This document shows, in pieces, positions 52,851 to 63,026 of a stretch of DNA of 64,000 nt; position 1 is the stretch's first letter; each line of letters starts with the position of its first letter. The stretch is taken from positions 10,394 to 74,393 of the forward strand of contig CAZEKJ010000005.1 of the NCBI GenBank assembly GCA_964512915.1, in the 5' to 3' direction. The notes beneath the pieces are model-generated. The model saw nothing but the letters and a program-made list of their open reading frames with translations. It had not been told where the DNA came from and ran no database searches. The stretch comes from an uncultured Porphyromonadaceae bacterium. GTDB lineage: Bacteria; Bacteroidota; Bacteroidia; Bacteroidales; UBA12481. Position numbers and translations under genes: made by a program.

Positions 52851-53483
52851 CTATTTTTTACTGAGGTAATCTGCGACCCCCTCTGCGGTGGCCTTCATGG
52901 CTTTGTCGCCTTCATGCCAGTCGGCCGGGCAAACCTCGCCACACTCCTCGAAATGGTGAAGGGCATCAACCATGCGAAGGGCTTCAGTAACACTCCTGCC
53001 CAGTGGAAGGTCGTTGATTACGCAATGCCGCACATCTCCCTGCTTGTCTATCAGGAAGAGTCCCCTGAAAGCGACGGGAGCCCCGTTGAATTTGAGCTGG
53101 CCGTTTTCATCGTAATCATAATCCCCGGCAAGAACACCGTAGTTATATGCGATGGATTTGGTCAGGTCGGCAACAATGGGGAAGGTAACACCCTTGATCC
53201 CACCGTTTTTCTTTTCCGTATTCAGCCAGGCCCAGTGCGAAAACTCGGAGTCAACGGAGCAGGCAACCACTTCAACGTTCCGCTTCTTGAACTCATCCAG
53301 TTTTTCCTGGAAAGCCAGGATTTCGGTGGGGCAGACAAAGGTGAAATCGAGGGGGTAAAAGAAAAAAACAACTGATTTCTTCCCAATGAACTGGTCCAGT
53401 GAAAAATTCTCAACAATATCGCCTCCATTAACCACAGCTGTGGAGCTAAAATGGGGTGCTTTTTTTCCAACTAATGTATCCAT
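52851..53483 (-). CDS. 2-Cys peroxiredoxin (AhpC/Prx1 type)
   Basis: FFFYPLDFTFVCPTEI peroxidatic Cys motif and a resolving Cys in EVCPA. Confidence 0.9.
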   Translation of the reverse strand: MDTLVGKKAPHFSSTAVVNGGDIVENFSLDQFIGKKSVVFFFYPLDFTFVCPTEILAFQEKLDEFKKRNVEVVACSVDSEFSHWAWLNTEKKNGGIKGVTFPIVADLTKSIAYNYGVLAGDYDYDENGQLKFNGAPVAFRGLFLIDKQGDVRHCVINDLPLGRSVTEALRMVDALHHFEECGEVCPADWHEGDKAMKATAEGVADYLSKK

Positions 53484-53500
53484 GTTTATTTAAAATGAAA

Positions 53501-55411
53501 TTATTTTACTTCTTCAAAGTCCACATCGGTAACGTCCTGGTCCTTCTTTGTCTGTCCGGCACCGGGATTCGGATCCTGCTGAGGACCACCGGGCTGCGGG
53601 CCAGAATCCTGGCTCTGACGGTACATGTCTTCTGATGCGGACTGGAATACCTGGTTCAGGTCGGCACTGGCTTTCTCGATCGAAGGCAGGTCCTGATTCT
53701 TGTGTGCTTCCTTCAGTTTAGCCAAAGCATCTTCTATCAGTACTTTTTTATCAGCCGGCAGTTTTTCACCAAAGTCCTTGAGTTGTTTTTCAGTCTGGAA
53801 AATAAGGCTGTCAGCTGCATTCAGCTTATCAACCTTTTCCCGCTGCTGGCGGTCTTCATCGGCGAAGCGGCTGGCTTCGTCCTTCATGCGCTTGATTTCA
53901 TCATCGCTCAGGCCGGATGAAGCTTCAATCCTGATTTTTTGCTCGCGTCCGGTTCCCCGGTCTTTTGCTGATACATGGAGAATTCCGTTGGCATCAATGT
54001 CAAAAGTAACTTCAATCTGCGGAATACCGCGGGGTGCCGGCGGCAGTCCGTCGAGGTGGAACCGTCCGATGGTGCGGTTTTGTGCGGCCATCGGGCGTTC
54101 GCCCTGAAGTACGTGAATCTCAACTGAAGGCTGGCTGTCAGCCGCGGTTGTAAAGGTTTCAGTCTTTTTCGACGGGATCGTGGTGTTGGATTCGATCAGC
54201 CTGGTGAATACACCGCCAAGGGTTTCGATACCCAGGGACAACGGGGTAACATCGAGAAGCAGAACGTCTTTGACATCTCCGCTCAGAACGCCGCCCTGAA
54301 TGGCCGCGCCTACAGCAACAACCTCATCGGGGTTAACCCCTTTGGACGGAGCCTTGCCGAAGAAATCTTCAACCACTTTCTGGATTGCCGGAATACGGGT
54401 TGAACCTCCAACCAGGATAACTTCATCAATCTGTGAATTAGTGATCCCGGCATCTTTCATGGCCTTGCGGCAGGGTTCAATGGTTGCCTGGATCAGTTTG
54501 TCGCACAGTTGTTCGAATTTCGCACGGGTAAGGGTTTTGACAAGATGCTTTGGAATCCCGTTCACCGGCATGATATAGGGAAGGTTGATTTCAGTAGTGG
54601 TTGAACTGGAGAGTTCAATCTTGGCTTTTTCTGCCGCTTCTTTCAGACGCTGAAGTGCCATCGGATCTTTCCTGAGGTCAAGGCCTTCTTCTTTCAGGAA
54701 GTCCTCTGCCAGCCAATCAATGACCATCTGGTCAAAGTCGTCACCACCCAGGTGAGTGTCACCGTTGGTGGATTTTACCTCGAACACGCCATCTCCGAGA
54801 TCCAGGATGGAAATATCGAAGGTACCCCCTCCAAGATCAAAGACGGCAACTGTCATGTCCTTGCCTTTTTTATCAAGGCCGTAAGCCAGGGCAGCAGCAG
54901 TAGGCTCGTTGATGATTCTCCGTACGATCAGTCCGGCAATCTCACCAGCCTCTTTGGTAGCCTGGCGCTGGGAATCGTTAAAATAGGCAGGAACCGTAAT
55001 TACGGCTTCGGTAACCTCATGGCCAAGAAAGTCTTCTGCTGTTTTTTTCATCTTCTGAAGAACCATGGCGCTGATCTCCTGGGGAGAATACTTCCGGTCC
55101 TGAATGACAACCCTCGGGGTGTCATTTTCGCCCTGATGAACTTTAAAGGGTACACGGCCGATCTCTTTTGAGAGATTGCTGTACCGTTCACCCATAAATC
55201 GTTTGATGGAAGAGATGGTTTTTTCCGGGTTCGTGATCGCCTGACGTTTAGCAGGATCGCCCACTTTCCGTTCGCCATTTTCTATAAAAGCCACAACAGA
55301 CGGGGTAGTACGTTTGCCTTCGCTGTTGGGGATTACTACGGGCTCGCTGCCTTCCATTACTGCAACACAGGAGTTTGTGGTGCCCAGGTCAATTCCAATT
55401 ATTTTGCTCAT
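53501..55411 (-). CDS. dnaK: molecular chaperone DnaK (Hsp70)
   Basis: [21 protein letters not shown] and [11 protein letters not shown]. 636 aa. Confidence 0.97.
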   Translation of the reverse strand: MSKIIGIDLGTTNSCVAVMEGSEPVVIPNSEGKRTTPSVVAFIENGERKVGDPAKRQAITNPEKTISSIKRFMGERYSNLSKEIGRVPFKVHQGENDTPRVVIQDRKYSPQEISAMVLQKMKKTAEDFLGHEVTEAVITVPAYFNDSQRQATKEAGEIAGLIVRRIINEPTAAALAYGLDKKGKDMTVAVFDLGGGTFDISILDLGDGVFEVKSTNGDTHLGGDDFDQMVIDWLAEDFLKEEGLDLRKDPMALQRLKEAAEKAKIELSSSTTTEINLPYIMPVNGIPKHLVKTLTRAKFEQLCDKLIQATIEPCRKAMKDAGITNSQIDEVILVGGSTRIPAIQKVVEDFFGKAPSKGVNPDEVVAVGAAIQGGVLSGDVKDVLLLDVTPLSLGIETLGGVFTRLIESNTTIPSKKTETFTTAADSQPSVEIHVLQGERPMAAQNRTIGRFHLDGLPPAPRGIPQIEVTFDIDANGILHVSAKDRGTGREQKIRIEASSGLSDDEIKRMKDEASRFADEDRQQREKVDKLNAADSLIFQTEKQLKDFGEKLPADKKVLIEDALAKLKEAHKNQDLPSIEKASADLNQVFQSASEDMYRQSQDSGPQPGGPQQDPNPGAGQTKKDQDVTDVDFEEVK

Positions 55412-55504
55412 ATCTGCTGGATAAACTGTTTACTTGTTATCCTGCATGCTCAAGCATTGTGCCAAGGGGAAAGGGATGACAAAACGACAGGATGACAGGG
55501 CTTG

Positions 55505-56521
55505 CTAAAAGTGATAATACTCATTCCTGCTGTCATCAAACCCGAGATTACGGGTATAGATGCCGTTGGCCAGGGAGTCAATGGAATGGTTTGTCAGGGA
55601 TTTGCCGTTAATCTCCTGACGAAACCGTGAGGAGAACAGTCCGATACCATTGACAATATTGGTGAAGACTGGTTTCTCCTTAAGGATTCCGGTATCCTCT
55701 CCATAAATCTGCATATAGGTGTACAGTTCTTCTCCACCAACCGTAAAGATGAAATCGATAGCCTCGCGCCTGGCTAGCCGGATAATTCCGGAAGTCGGCT
55801 TATCCAGTTGGTTGCCCAGCCATTTGTAGAAATTCCGGTGTAGAATTTCGGACATGATCGTCTGGCCACCATTGCCATAATTCGTGGTATAATGAGCGAT
55901 ATTCCAGTCAGCTGTTTTATGGGTGGTGTCTTGTTTGCTGACTTCCAGATAATGAAAGCGGATGGCCAGGTGATAAACCCGGGTATAGGGTGCTGATACC
56001 CATTCAACCGTCTGGACATTGTCGTATGAGGAGAAGGCGAGGTTCTTCTTAAAGGTTTCAGGACGGATGACCCTGAATTCGCTGACTACCCGGGTGCGTG
56101 CGCTGATTTCAGCGCCGGTTGAGGGTATCGTGATTGTCAGCCGGTACTCGCTGTTACCGGTGAGCTTGCTGTCAACCTTGTACAGGTAATTAGGGCTCTC
56201 CAGAAAGATCCCCGTGTCGCGGTCTTCTGCCACAATGCGCTCCATGGGCAGCTGCTGGCGGAGTTGTCCGTCCGACCACCGCTCCAGCATTACTGTTGCA
56301 TCGGGATAATAGATGGAGTCCTCATGCCGGGCCATTTCATAAGCACTTGCCTGTCCGATAAACGACTTTTCCAGCCTTAGGTACTGGGTCTCCTCTTTTG
56401 GGTTGAGAACGCAATAGACCACCGGAATGTCCTTGTAGGGGGCCATAACAACCAGCTCGTTTCCACAGGAGGAAAGAAGGGCGGAAAGTGCCGTAATTAG
56501 TATAACCTGCCTTGTTGTCAA
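55505..56521 (-). CDS. uncharacterised lipoprotein (possibly DUF4249-like)
   Basis: A TTG start gives MTTRQVILITALSALLSSC (lipobox). No catalytic motif recognised. Confidence 0.4.
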   Translation of the reverse strand: MTTRQVILITALSALLSSCGNELVVMAPYKDIPVVYCVLNPKEETQYLRLEKSFIGQASAYEMARHEDSIYYPDATVMLERWSDGQLRQQLPMERIVAEDRDTGIFLESPNYLYKVDSKLTGNSEYRLTITIPSTGAEISARTRVVSEFRVIRPETFKKNLAFSSYDNVQTVEWVSAPYTRVYHLAIRFHYLEVSKQDTTHKTADWNIAHYTTNYGNGGQTIMSEILHRNFYKWLGNQLDKPTSGIIRLARREAIDFIFTVGGEELYTYMQIYGEDTGILKEKPVFTNIVNGIGLFSSRFRQEINGKSLTNHSIDSLANGIYTRNLGFDDSRNEYYHF

Positions 56522-56528
56522 ATAATCA

Positions 56529-56536
56529 TACCTTTG
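56529..56536 (+). promoter_or_regulatory. candidate -7 box TACCTTTG for panB
   Basis: Perfect TAnnTTTG, 45 nt upstream of the ATG at 56581. Confidence 0.4.
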
Positions 56537-56580
56537 TGCGGTAAAAGTACTCTTTTCATTACAAAAATCAGTTGCGGATT

Positions 56581-57396
56581 ATGTCAGTTCATCAGCAGAT
56601 AAAAAGGGTTACGACTCATGTTCTTCAGGAAATGAAGGGCAAAGGCAAGAAGATAGCCATGCTTACAGCCTACGACTACTCGATTGCCCGGATACTGGAT
56701 AACACCGGCATTGACGTGGTTCTGGTAGGGGATTCTGCTTCGAATGTGATGGCCGGTTATGAAACCACCCTGCCTATCACCCTTGACCAGATGATCTACC
56801 ATGGAGCATCGGTGGTGAGGGGAATCCGGCGTGCCCTGGTCATTGTTGACATGCCTTTCGGGACGTATCAGGGGAACTCCAAGGAAGCGCTCCAGTCCGC
56901 TATCCGCATCATGAAAGAGACCGGCGCAGGCGGTGTTAAAATGGAAGGCGGGCAGGAGATCGTTGAATCGGTTCAAAGAATACTCTCGGCCGGGATCCCT
57001 GTGATGGGACATCTCGGGCTCACACCGCAGTCGATCCATAAATTTGGCACCTATGTGGTGCGCGCAACCGAGGAGGCAGAGGCGGAGAAACTGATGCATG
57101 ACGCTGCTTTACTGGAAGAAACGGGCTGCTTTGCCATCGTGCTGGAAAAGATTCCCGCTGATCTGGCAGGAAGGGTTTCAGCCTCCCTGAAAATTCCTAC
57201 CATCGGGATCGGAGCCGGGCAACATTGCGACGGACAGGTTCTTGTTCTCCATGATATGCTGGGCATCACTCAGGATTTCTCCCCGCGCTTTCTCCGCAGG
57301 TATCACAACCTGTTTGATGAAATTACAGGGGCCGTTACCCGTTATATTGATGATGTTAAGAGCTGCGATTTTCCAAACGAAAAAGAACAATACTAG
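56581..57396 (+). CDS. panB: 3-methyl-2-oxobutanoate hydroxymethyltransferase
   Basis: [30 protein letters not shown] and GHLGLTPQS motifs. ATG at 56581. Confidence 0.92.
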   Translation: MSVHQQIKRVTTHVLQEMKGKGKKIAMLTAYDYSIARILDNTGIDVVLVGDSASNVMAGYETTLPITLDQMIYHGASVVRGIRRALVIVDMPFGTYQGNSKEALQSAIRIMKETGAGGVKMEGGQEIVESVQRILSAGIPVMGHLGLTPQSIHKFGTYVVRATEEAEAEKLMHDAALLEETGCFAIVLEKIPADLAGRVSASLKIPTIGIGAGQHCDGQVLVLHDMLGITQDFSPRFLRRYHNLFDEITGAVTRYIDDVKSCDFPNEKEQY

Positions 57397-57401
57397 TAGG
57401 G

Positions 57402-57455
57402 GAGGACCCGCGGTCCTCCCGGATTAACCGAGGACCCGCGGTCCTCCCGGATTAA
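57402..57455. repeat. two tandem copies (28-nt spacing) of a GC hairpin unit GAGGACCCGCGGTCCTCCCGGATTAA
   Basis: Copy 1 is 57402-57427 and copy 2 is 57430-57455. Each has a GGAGGACC/GGTCCTCC stem with a CGC loop. Confidence 0.85.
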
Positions 57456-57461
57456 AATATT

Positions 57462-58148
57462 ATGCAGATATTATACGAAGATAATCACCTGATTGCGGTG
57501 AATAAGCAGGTCTCTGACCTGGTGCAGTCGGATGCTACGGGTGACGAGGTTCTGGGGGATCAGATCAAGGCTTATATCGCAAAAAAATATAAGAAACCCG
57601 GGGATGTTTTTTTGGGCGTTGTTCACCGGCTCGACCGGCCGGCTACGGGCGTGGTTGTTTTTGCCCGGACCAGCAAGGCGCTGACCCGCATGAACGAGAT
57701 GTTCAAGGACCATGAAGTGAAGAAAACATACTGGGCTGTTGTCAAGAACCGCCCGGCAGAAGAGGAAGGCACCCTGGTACACTATCTTCACAAGGATCCG
57801 AATCAGAATAAGAGCTTTGCTTATCTAAAGCCCAAGGGGTCGGCCAAGGAAGCCCGGTTATCCTACAGACTTATCGGTGTAACCAATAATTTTTCTCTGC
57901 TTGAGATAGACCTTCAGACCGGCAGACACCATCAGATCCGCTGCCAGCTGGCAAAAATCGGGAGCCCGATAAAGGGAGACCTGAAGTATGGGTTTGCGCG
58001 GTCAAATCCGGATGGCGGCATTCACCTGCATGCAAGGAAAATGCGTTTTATTCACCCGGTGCAGAAAACGGAAGTGGTAATAATTGCCGATCCGCCCATC
58101 GACCCGATCTGGAATGAATTTCTTCAGCAAGCTCCGGTAGGGAGTTAA
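57462..58148 (+). CDS. RluA-family RNA pseudouridine synthase
   Basis: HRLDRPATGVVVFARTSKA catalytic Asp motif and GRHHQIR. Confidence 0.85.
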   Translation: MQILYEDNHLIAVNKQVSDLVQSDATGDEVLGDQIKAYIAKKYKKPGDVFLGVVHRLDRPATGVVVFARTSKALTRMNEMFKDHEVKKTYWAVVKNRPAEEEGTLVHYLHKDPNQNKSFAYLKPKGSAKEARLSYRLIGVTNNFSLLEIDLQTGRHHQIRCQLAKIGSPIKGDLKYGFARSNPDGGIHLHARKMRFIHPVQKTEVVIIADPPIDPIWNEFLQQAPVGS

Positions 58149-58633
58149 AGGATGAATTTCAGGGGCAGCAATGACCCTGCCGATTCCACCCTCACAATTC
58201 GGTTCCGGCCCACCATGAATATCTCCATCGGGATCTCCTGGCGCTCTTCGGTTTCAACCATAACCTGACGGCAGGCGCCGCAGGGATAGGCAGGCTCTTC
58301 TGTGGTTATGCCATCCTGCTGAGCCAGGATAATCATGCGCCTGATGGTTGAGTCAGGGTGGTTGGCTTTCACAAAGAAAAGTCCGGTTCGCTCCGCGCAG
58401 AGTCCGGATGGATACGCTTTGTTTTCCTGATTGTTGGCCATAAACCGGGTGCCATCGGATAACTCAATGGCCACGCCCACATTAAAGCCGGAGTAGGGTG
58501 CATAGGCACGGGAAGCAGCACTGGCGGCCATCTGGATCAAAGATGCGGTCTCGGGCCCGGTCTCTTCCGGGGAGCTGTATTCAGTGACGGCGATTCTTAT
58601 CTCCTTAGAAATCATGCGTTCGGTTTTGCTCAA
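58145..58633 (-). CDS. cdd: cytidine deaminase
   Basis: CAERTGLF (H/C-A-E) and PCGACRQVM zinc motifs. Confidence 0.85.
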   Translation of the reverse strand: MSKTERMISKEIRIAVTEYSSPEETGPETASLIQMAASAASRAYAPYSGFNVGVAIELSDGTRFMANNQENKAYPSGLCAERTGLFFVKANHPDSTIRRMIILAQQDGITTEEPAYPCGACRQVMVETEERQEIPMEIFMVGRNRIVRVESAGSLLPLKFIL

Positions 58634-58711
58634 AAGTACAAAAAATCAATGGCCCTGAATGACCTGCTAAAAATCCCTATATTAGTCGCCGAGAAAAGAT
58701 GCCGATCCGAT

Positions 58712-59665
58712 ATGAATCGATACACCTTACGACTTTTTACGCTCACGGCCCTGTTATATATTGTCGCAACCGACCTTTCCGCCCAGGTTGATTCCCTTTA
58801 TTGGTCCTATATCCGGAAGTACAGTAACCTCGCTATCAGTGAAATGCACTACAGCCAGATTCCCGCCAGCATAACCATGGCACAGGCTCTGCTTGAATCC
58901 AGGTTCGGTACGAGTGAGCTTGCGGTTAATGCCAACAATCATTTTGGAATCAAATGCCAGATGGAGTGGACCGGAGAGCGTTATACCTACCAGGATGATG
59001 ATGATAATACCTGCTTCAGAAAGTATAGTTCAATAGAAGAATCCTTCCGGGATCACTCTCATTTTCTGATGTACCGGCCGCGCTATGCAGGCTTGTTCAA
59101 GCTTGACCCCACGGATTACAGCGCCTGGGCTTACGGATTAAAGCAGGCCGGCTATGCCACCAACCCGAATTATGCCCCGATGCTCCTTAAGATCATTGAA
59201 AACTACCGGCTGTACATGCTCGACTCGTCGCCGCCCCAGATTGACCACGTGAATTCCGTGAATGACATTCTTATTCCCATGACGTTTCCTGGCACCGGAG
59301 TCCCTGCTACCCGCGTTTTTCACAGGAACCGGATCGATTTTACCATCGCCCGGGAGGGAGACAATGTCGGGAGCCTGACCCGCCAGTTTGACAAGCTTCG
59401 CTGGGAGATTCGGAAATATAACGATATTCCAAAGGATCAGGACATCAGGCCCGGGCAGGTGGTGTATCTGCAGCCCAAGCGAAAGCAGGCCGAGCCCGGT
59501 TATTCAATCCATACGGTCGGGAAAGGGGAGACCATGCACAGCATATCACAGATGTATGGTATCCGGATTAAATGTCTCTATAAACGGAATGAAATGAAGC
59601 CCGGGGCAGAGCCCAGGCCGGGAGATGAAATCTGGCTGAGGGGAATGAAAGCTAACCGGCGCTGA
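58712..59665 (+). CDS. N-acetylglucosaminidase-domain peptidoglycan hydrolase with two C-terminal LysM domains
   Basis: IPASITMAQALLESRFGTSELAVNANNHFGIKC is the glucosaminidase domain. It is followed by two LysM-like units (Y.V..GD....I). I prefer the ATG at 58712 (MNRYTLRLFTLTALL). Confidence 0.8.
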   Translation: MNRYTLRLFTLTALLYIVATDLSAQVDSLYWSYIRKYSNLAISEMHYSQIPASITMAQALLESRFGTSELAVNANNHFGIKCQMEWTGERYTYQDDDDNTCFRKYSSIEESFRDHSHFLMYRPRYAGLFKLDPTDYSAWAYGLKQAGYATNPNYAPMLLKIIENYRLYMLDSSPPQIDHVNSVNDILIPMTFPGTGVPATRVFHRNRIDFTIAREGDNVGSLTRQFDKLRWEIRKYNDIPKDQDIRPGQVVYLQPKRKQAEPGYSIHTVGKGETMHSISQMYGIRIKCLYKRNEMKPGAEPRPGDEIWLRGMKANRR

Positions 59666-60620
59666 TGATCTGCTGACGGAAACCGCGAAGGAACTCTGCA
59701 ATCACCATACCTTTTTTACCTGCCTGCTGAAGTTTTTTAACCCTCAGGGAGCCGCTGCCTGTCTGAATCCAGAGTTTGTTGGGTTTCTCGAAAACAACCT
59801 CACCGGGATAGCCCCATTGTGCGTTCGGATCAATCTCGGTCTCCAGGATCTTCATTCCAAAGCTGTATCCGGTATCGGTGAGAAACTGTGTCCAGGCTCC
59901 CGGAGTGGGTGAGAGACCCCGTATCTGGTTATGGATTTTTCCGGCCGGATCGTTCCAGTTGATGTGCCCGTCCTCACGGCTGATCTTGGGCGCCATTTTC
60001 ATTTCCTGTCCGGCCTTTATCAGGTCGCTCTGGGGAATGGCCCTGATGGTGCCGTTAACCACCTCATTTACGGTCTCAACCAGGAGATCAGCACCCAGCA
60101 TCATGAGCTGGTCATGGAGCTCGCCTGCTAAGGTGTTGGGTGTAAGGCTTATAGACTGCCTTTTAAGTATGTTTCCGGTGTCGATATCTTTTTCGATGAA
60201 AAAGGTTGTTACCCCGGTTTCCTCTTCCCCGTTGATCAGCACCCTGTTGATCGGGGCAGCCCCGCGGTAATCAGGCAGCAGGGAAGCATGCAGATTAATG
60301 GTTCCGAGCCTTGGCATAGCCCAGACCACCTCGGGCAGCATGCGGAAAGCAACCACCACAAAGAGGTCGCCTTTAAGGTCCTGGAGATCCTCAATAAAAT
60401 ACTCCTCTTTCAGGCTGTCGGGCTGATGTACCGGGATTCCCCGGTCTTCGGCAAACCGTTTAACCGGTGGGAGAGTCATTTGTAAACCCCTTCCGGCGGG
60501 TTTGTCTGGTGCCGTAATAACGCCGGCAATGGGATAACCCGCACGGATCAGGGCATCCAGGGACGGCACCGCAAATTCCGGCGTTCCCATAAATACGATT
60601 CGTGTGGTTTTCTCGCTCAT
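59652..60620 (-). CDS. fmt: methionyl-tRNA formyltransferase
   Basis: IVFMGTPEFAVPSL, NLHASLLPDYRGAAPI and the C-terminal domain. It overlaps the convergent gene by 14 nt. Confidence 0.92.
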   Translation of the reverse strand: MSEKTTRIVFMGTPEFAVPSLDALIRAGYPIAGVITAPDKPAGRGLQMTLPPVKRFAEDRGIPVHQPDSLKEEYFIEDLQDLKGDLFVVVAFRMLPEVVWAMPRLGTINLHASLLPDYRGAAPINRVLINGEEETGVTTFFIEKDIDTGNILKRQSISLTPNTLAGELHDQLMMLGADLLVETVNEVVNGTIRAIPQSDLIKAGQEMKMAPKISREDGHINWNDPAGKIHNQIRGLSPTPGAWTQFLTDTGYSFGMKILETEIDPNAQWGYPGEVVFEKPNKLWIQTGSGSLRVKKLQQAGKKGMVIAEFLRGFRQQIISAG

Positions 60621-60628
60621 GATGTAAC

Positions 60629-61888
60629 TTAGTGATGGTGAGTATCCAAGTCGGGATGAAGATGCAGAAAATGTCCCATTTTATCGCGCTTGGTCTGCAA
60701 ATAAAAGGCATTATGGGTGTTCGGCACAATTTCAAGAGCTACGTTTTCAACGATATTAATACCATATCCCTCAAGCCCTGCGCGCTTCCGCGGGTTATTG
60801 GTAATAAGTCTGATTTTCTTGATACCGAGGTCCCTGAGGATCTGAGCGCCAACGCCATAATCCCTCTCATCATCCTCGAAACCGAGGTTGAGGTTGGCCT
60901 CAACCGTATCCTGGCCCTGCTCCTGCAGCTGATAAGCCTTTATTTTGTTGAAGAGCCCTATGCCGCGTCCCTCCTGGTTCATATAGATCAGGGCTCCCCG
61001 TCCCTCTTTTTCGATCATCTGCATGGCGGCGTGAAGCTGCGAGCCGCAATCACACCGGTAGGATCCGAAAATATCGCCGGTAACGCAGGAGGAGTGAACT
61101 CTTACCAGGATCGGCTCATCGGGGCTGATATTTCCTTTTACCAGGGCGATGTGTTCGAGGCCGGTCGATTTCTGGACATACGGAATCAGATCGAAATTTC
61201 CATGGGCAGTTGGAAGGCTCACCCGCACACCACGGTCAATCAGGCTCTCCTGCTTCAGCCGGTAGGCGATCAGGTCTTTGATGGTAATGATGCGGAGGCG
61301 GAATTCTTCAGCGATCTCCAGTAGCTCGGGCAGGCGGGCCATACTGCCGTCTTCGTTCATGATCTCAACAAGTACCCCGCCAGGCCGCAGCCCTGCCAGG
61401 CGGGTGAGGTCAACCGCGGCCTCGGTATGCCCGGCCCTTCGGAGTACACCCTTGCTCTTGCTGATCAGGGGAAAAATATGCCCCGGCCGTCCGAAATCCT
61501 CAGGCCTCGAGCGGGGATCGACCAATGCCTGAACGGTTTTGGAACGGTCCTGCGCAGAGATCCCGGAGGTGCAGCCCTGACCGAGCAGGTCGATAGAAAC
61601 GGTAAAGGCGGTTTCATGGAAAGAGGTGTTCTTGCCCACCATCAGGGGAAGATCGAGCTCCTGGCAGCGCTCTTCCGGCAGCGGGGCGCAGATCAGCCCC
61701 CGGCCGAAACGCGCCATGAAGTTGATGGTTTTGGCCGTAGCCAGCTGGGCCGCTGCAATGAAATCACCCTCGTTCTCACGGTCTTCATCATCCACAACAA
61801 TGATAGTCTCACCGTTTCGGATCGCCTCGATGGCGTCTTCAATCGTATCGAGCCTTTTACTGATGTCGCTTGGTTGGTTGCCAGACAT
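60629..61888 (-). CDS. ribBA: bifunctional 3,4-dihydroxy-2-butanone-4-phosphate synthase / GTP cyclohydrolase II
   Basis: [13 protein letters not shown] (RibB) and [21 protein letters not shown] (RibA zinc motif). Confidence 0.92.
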   Translation of the reverse strand: MSGNQPSDISKRLDTIEDAIEAIRNGETIIVVDDEDRENEGDFIAAAQLATAKTINFMARFGRGLICAPLPEERCQELDLPLMVGKNTSFHETAFTVSIDLLGQGCTSGISAQDRSKTVQALVDPRSRPEDFGRPGHIFPLISKSKGVLRRAGHTEAAVDLTRLAGLRPGGVLVEIMNEDGSMARLPELLEIAEEFRLRIITIKDLIAYRLKQESLIDRGVRVSLPTAHGNFDLIPYVQKSTGLEHIALVKGNISPDEPILVRVHSSCVTGDIFGSYRCDCGSQLHAAMQMIEKEGRGALIYMNQEGRGIGLFNKIKAYQLQEQGQDTVEANLNLGFEDDERDYGVGAQILRDLGIKKIRLITNNPRKRAGLEGYGINIVENVALEIVPNTHNAFYLQTKRDKMGHFLHLHPDLDTHHH

Positions 61889-63026
61889 TCGTTTTTACAC
61901 CTTTCAGATATCGTAACAGTCCTTTCGCCATTGCCAGGTTCATGGCCAGAAAATGGGAGATGAACCTGAAAATTGGAAAATGCAAATTTAGCTTTTTCAG
62001 CGCAAAATCGAGACCCGGGATAAGTAAAACTATCACGTAGATAATCAGCAGTATACGGTAAAATGGATGGGTAAAGGCAATGAATATCAGGCTAATGAGT
62101 GCACCCAGGATAAAAAGAGGGCCAATCCAGCGCAGTACCTTGTGGCTCCAGAAACAAAACGACAGGCCGGGCCGCCTGGAAAAGAGCAGTCTCCGGAACC
62201 GGGCCAGGTTCTGAAAGTTACCGGTAGCGATGCGGATCTTGCGCCTGAATTCAATGGCTGCATCGTTTGAGACATCCTCATAAACGCAGGCTGCGGGATT
62301 GTTTACTGCTTTATAGCCCGATTCCAGAACTTTCATGTTAAGGAAGAAATCATCTACCAGAAAATTTCTGGGGATCGGTTCAAACAATTTCGCACGGATG
62401 GCAAAGCATCCGCCAAAGGGGCCCATCATCGTGCCCCACAGGCGGCTTTCAAGCTCCTTGATTCCTACCTCCCGGGATATATAGGCCTTCTCCTGGAAAG
62501 AGATCCCTTCTTTTTTCATGCCCAGGTTAATCATCCGGGTGTCCACAAGTCCCATGAGAGGATCAGAAAACGGAGCCATCATTTCCGACAGGGTATCTTC
62601 ATCAAACAACACATTGGCATCCGTGAAAACGAGGATCTCACCAGAGGCTTTACCGGCCAGAAGGCTGATCACATTTGGTTTGCCCCGCCGCTCGCTGAAA
62701 ACAAAGGCTTTAAGGGCGGGAAACTCTTTTTCAAGCTCCCTGAGGATTTCAGGCGTGCGGTCGGACGATCCGTCGGATCCCACCAGAATCTCGAATTTTT
62801 TCGCCGGATATCTGCTGCTGAAGACTGACCGAACCTTATCGGAAATAACCTCCTCCTCGTTGAATGCCGACATCAGAATGGAGACCTGGGGAGGCTCGGC
62901 CAGGTCTTGATAATGAATGTTTTTCCTGGCCTTCAGTTTCGCAAATAGCCTCAATAGAAGCGGGAAAAGGATATAACTGTGGAAAACAGCTGCAACACAA
63001 AGCCAGAAAAGGAGGATTGCGATCAT
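61857..63026 (-). CDS. family 2 glycosyltransferase (membrane-associated)
   Basis: [16 protein letters not shown] and C-terminal TM segments. Confidence 0.8.
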   Translation of the reverse strand: MIAILLFWLCVAAVFHSYILFPLLLRLFAKLKARKNIHYQDLAEPPQVSILMSAFNEEEVISDKVRSVFSSRYPAKKFEILVGSDGSSDRTPEILRELEKEFPALKAFVFSERRGKPNVISLLAGKASGEILVFTDANVLFDEDTLSEMMAPFSDPLMGLVDTRMINLGMKKEGISFQEKAYISREVGIKELESRLWGTMMGPFGGCFAIRAKLFEPIPRNFLVDDFFLNMKVLESGYKAVNNPAACVYEDVSNDAAIEFRRKIRIATGNFQNLARFRRLLFSRRPGLSFCFWSHKVLRWIGPLFILGALISLIFIAFTHPFYRILLIIYVIVLLIPGLDFALKKLNLHFPIFRFISHFLAMNLAMAKGLLRYLKGVKTNVWQPTKRHQ

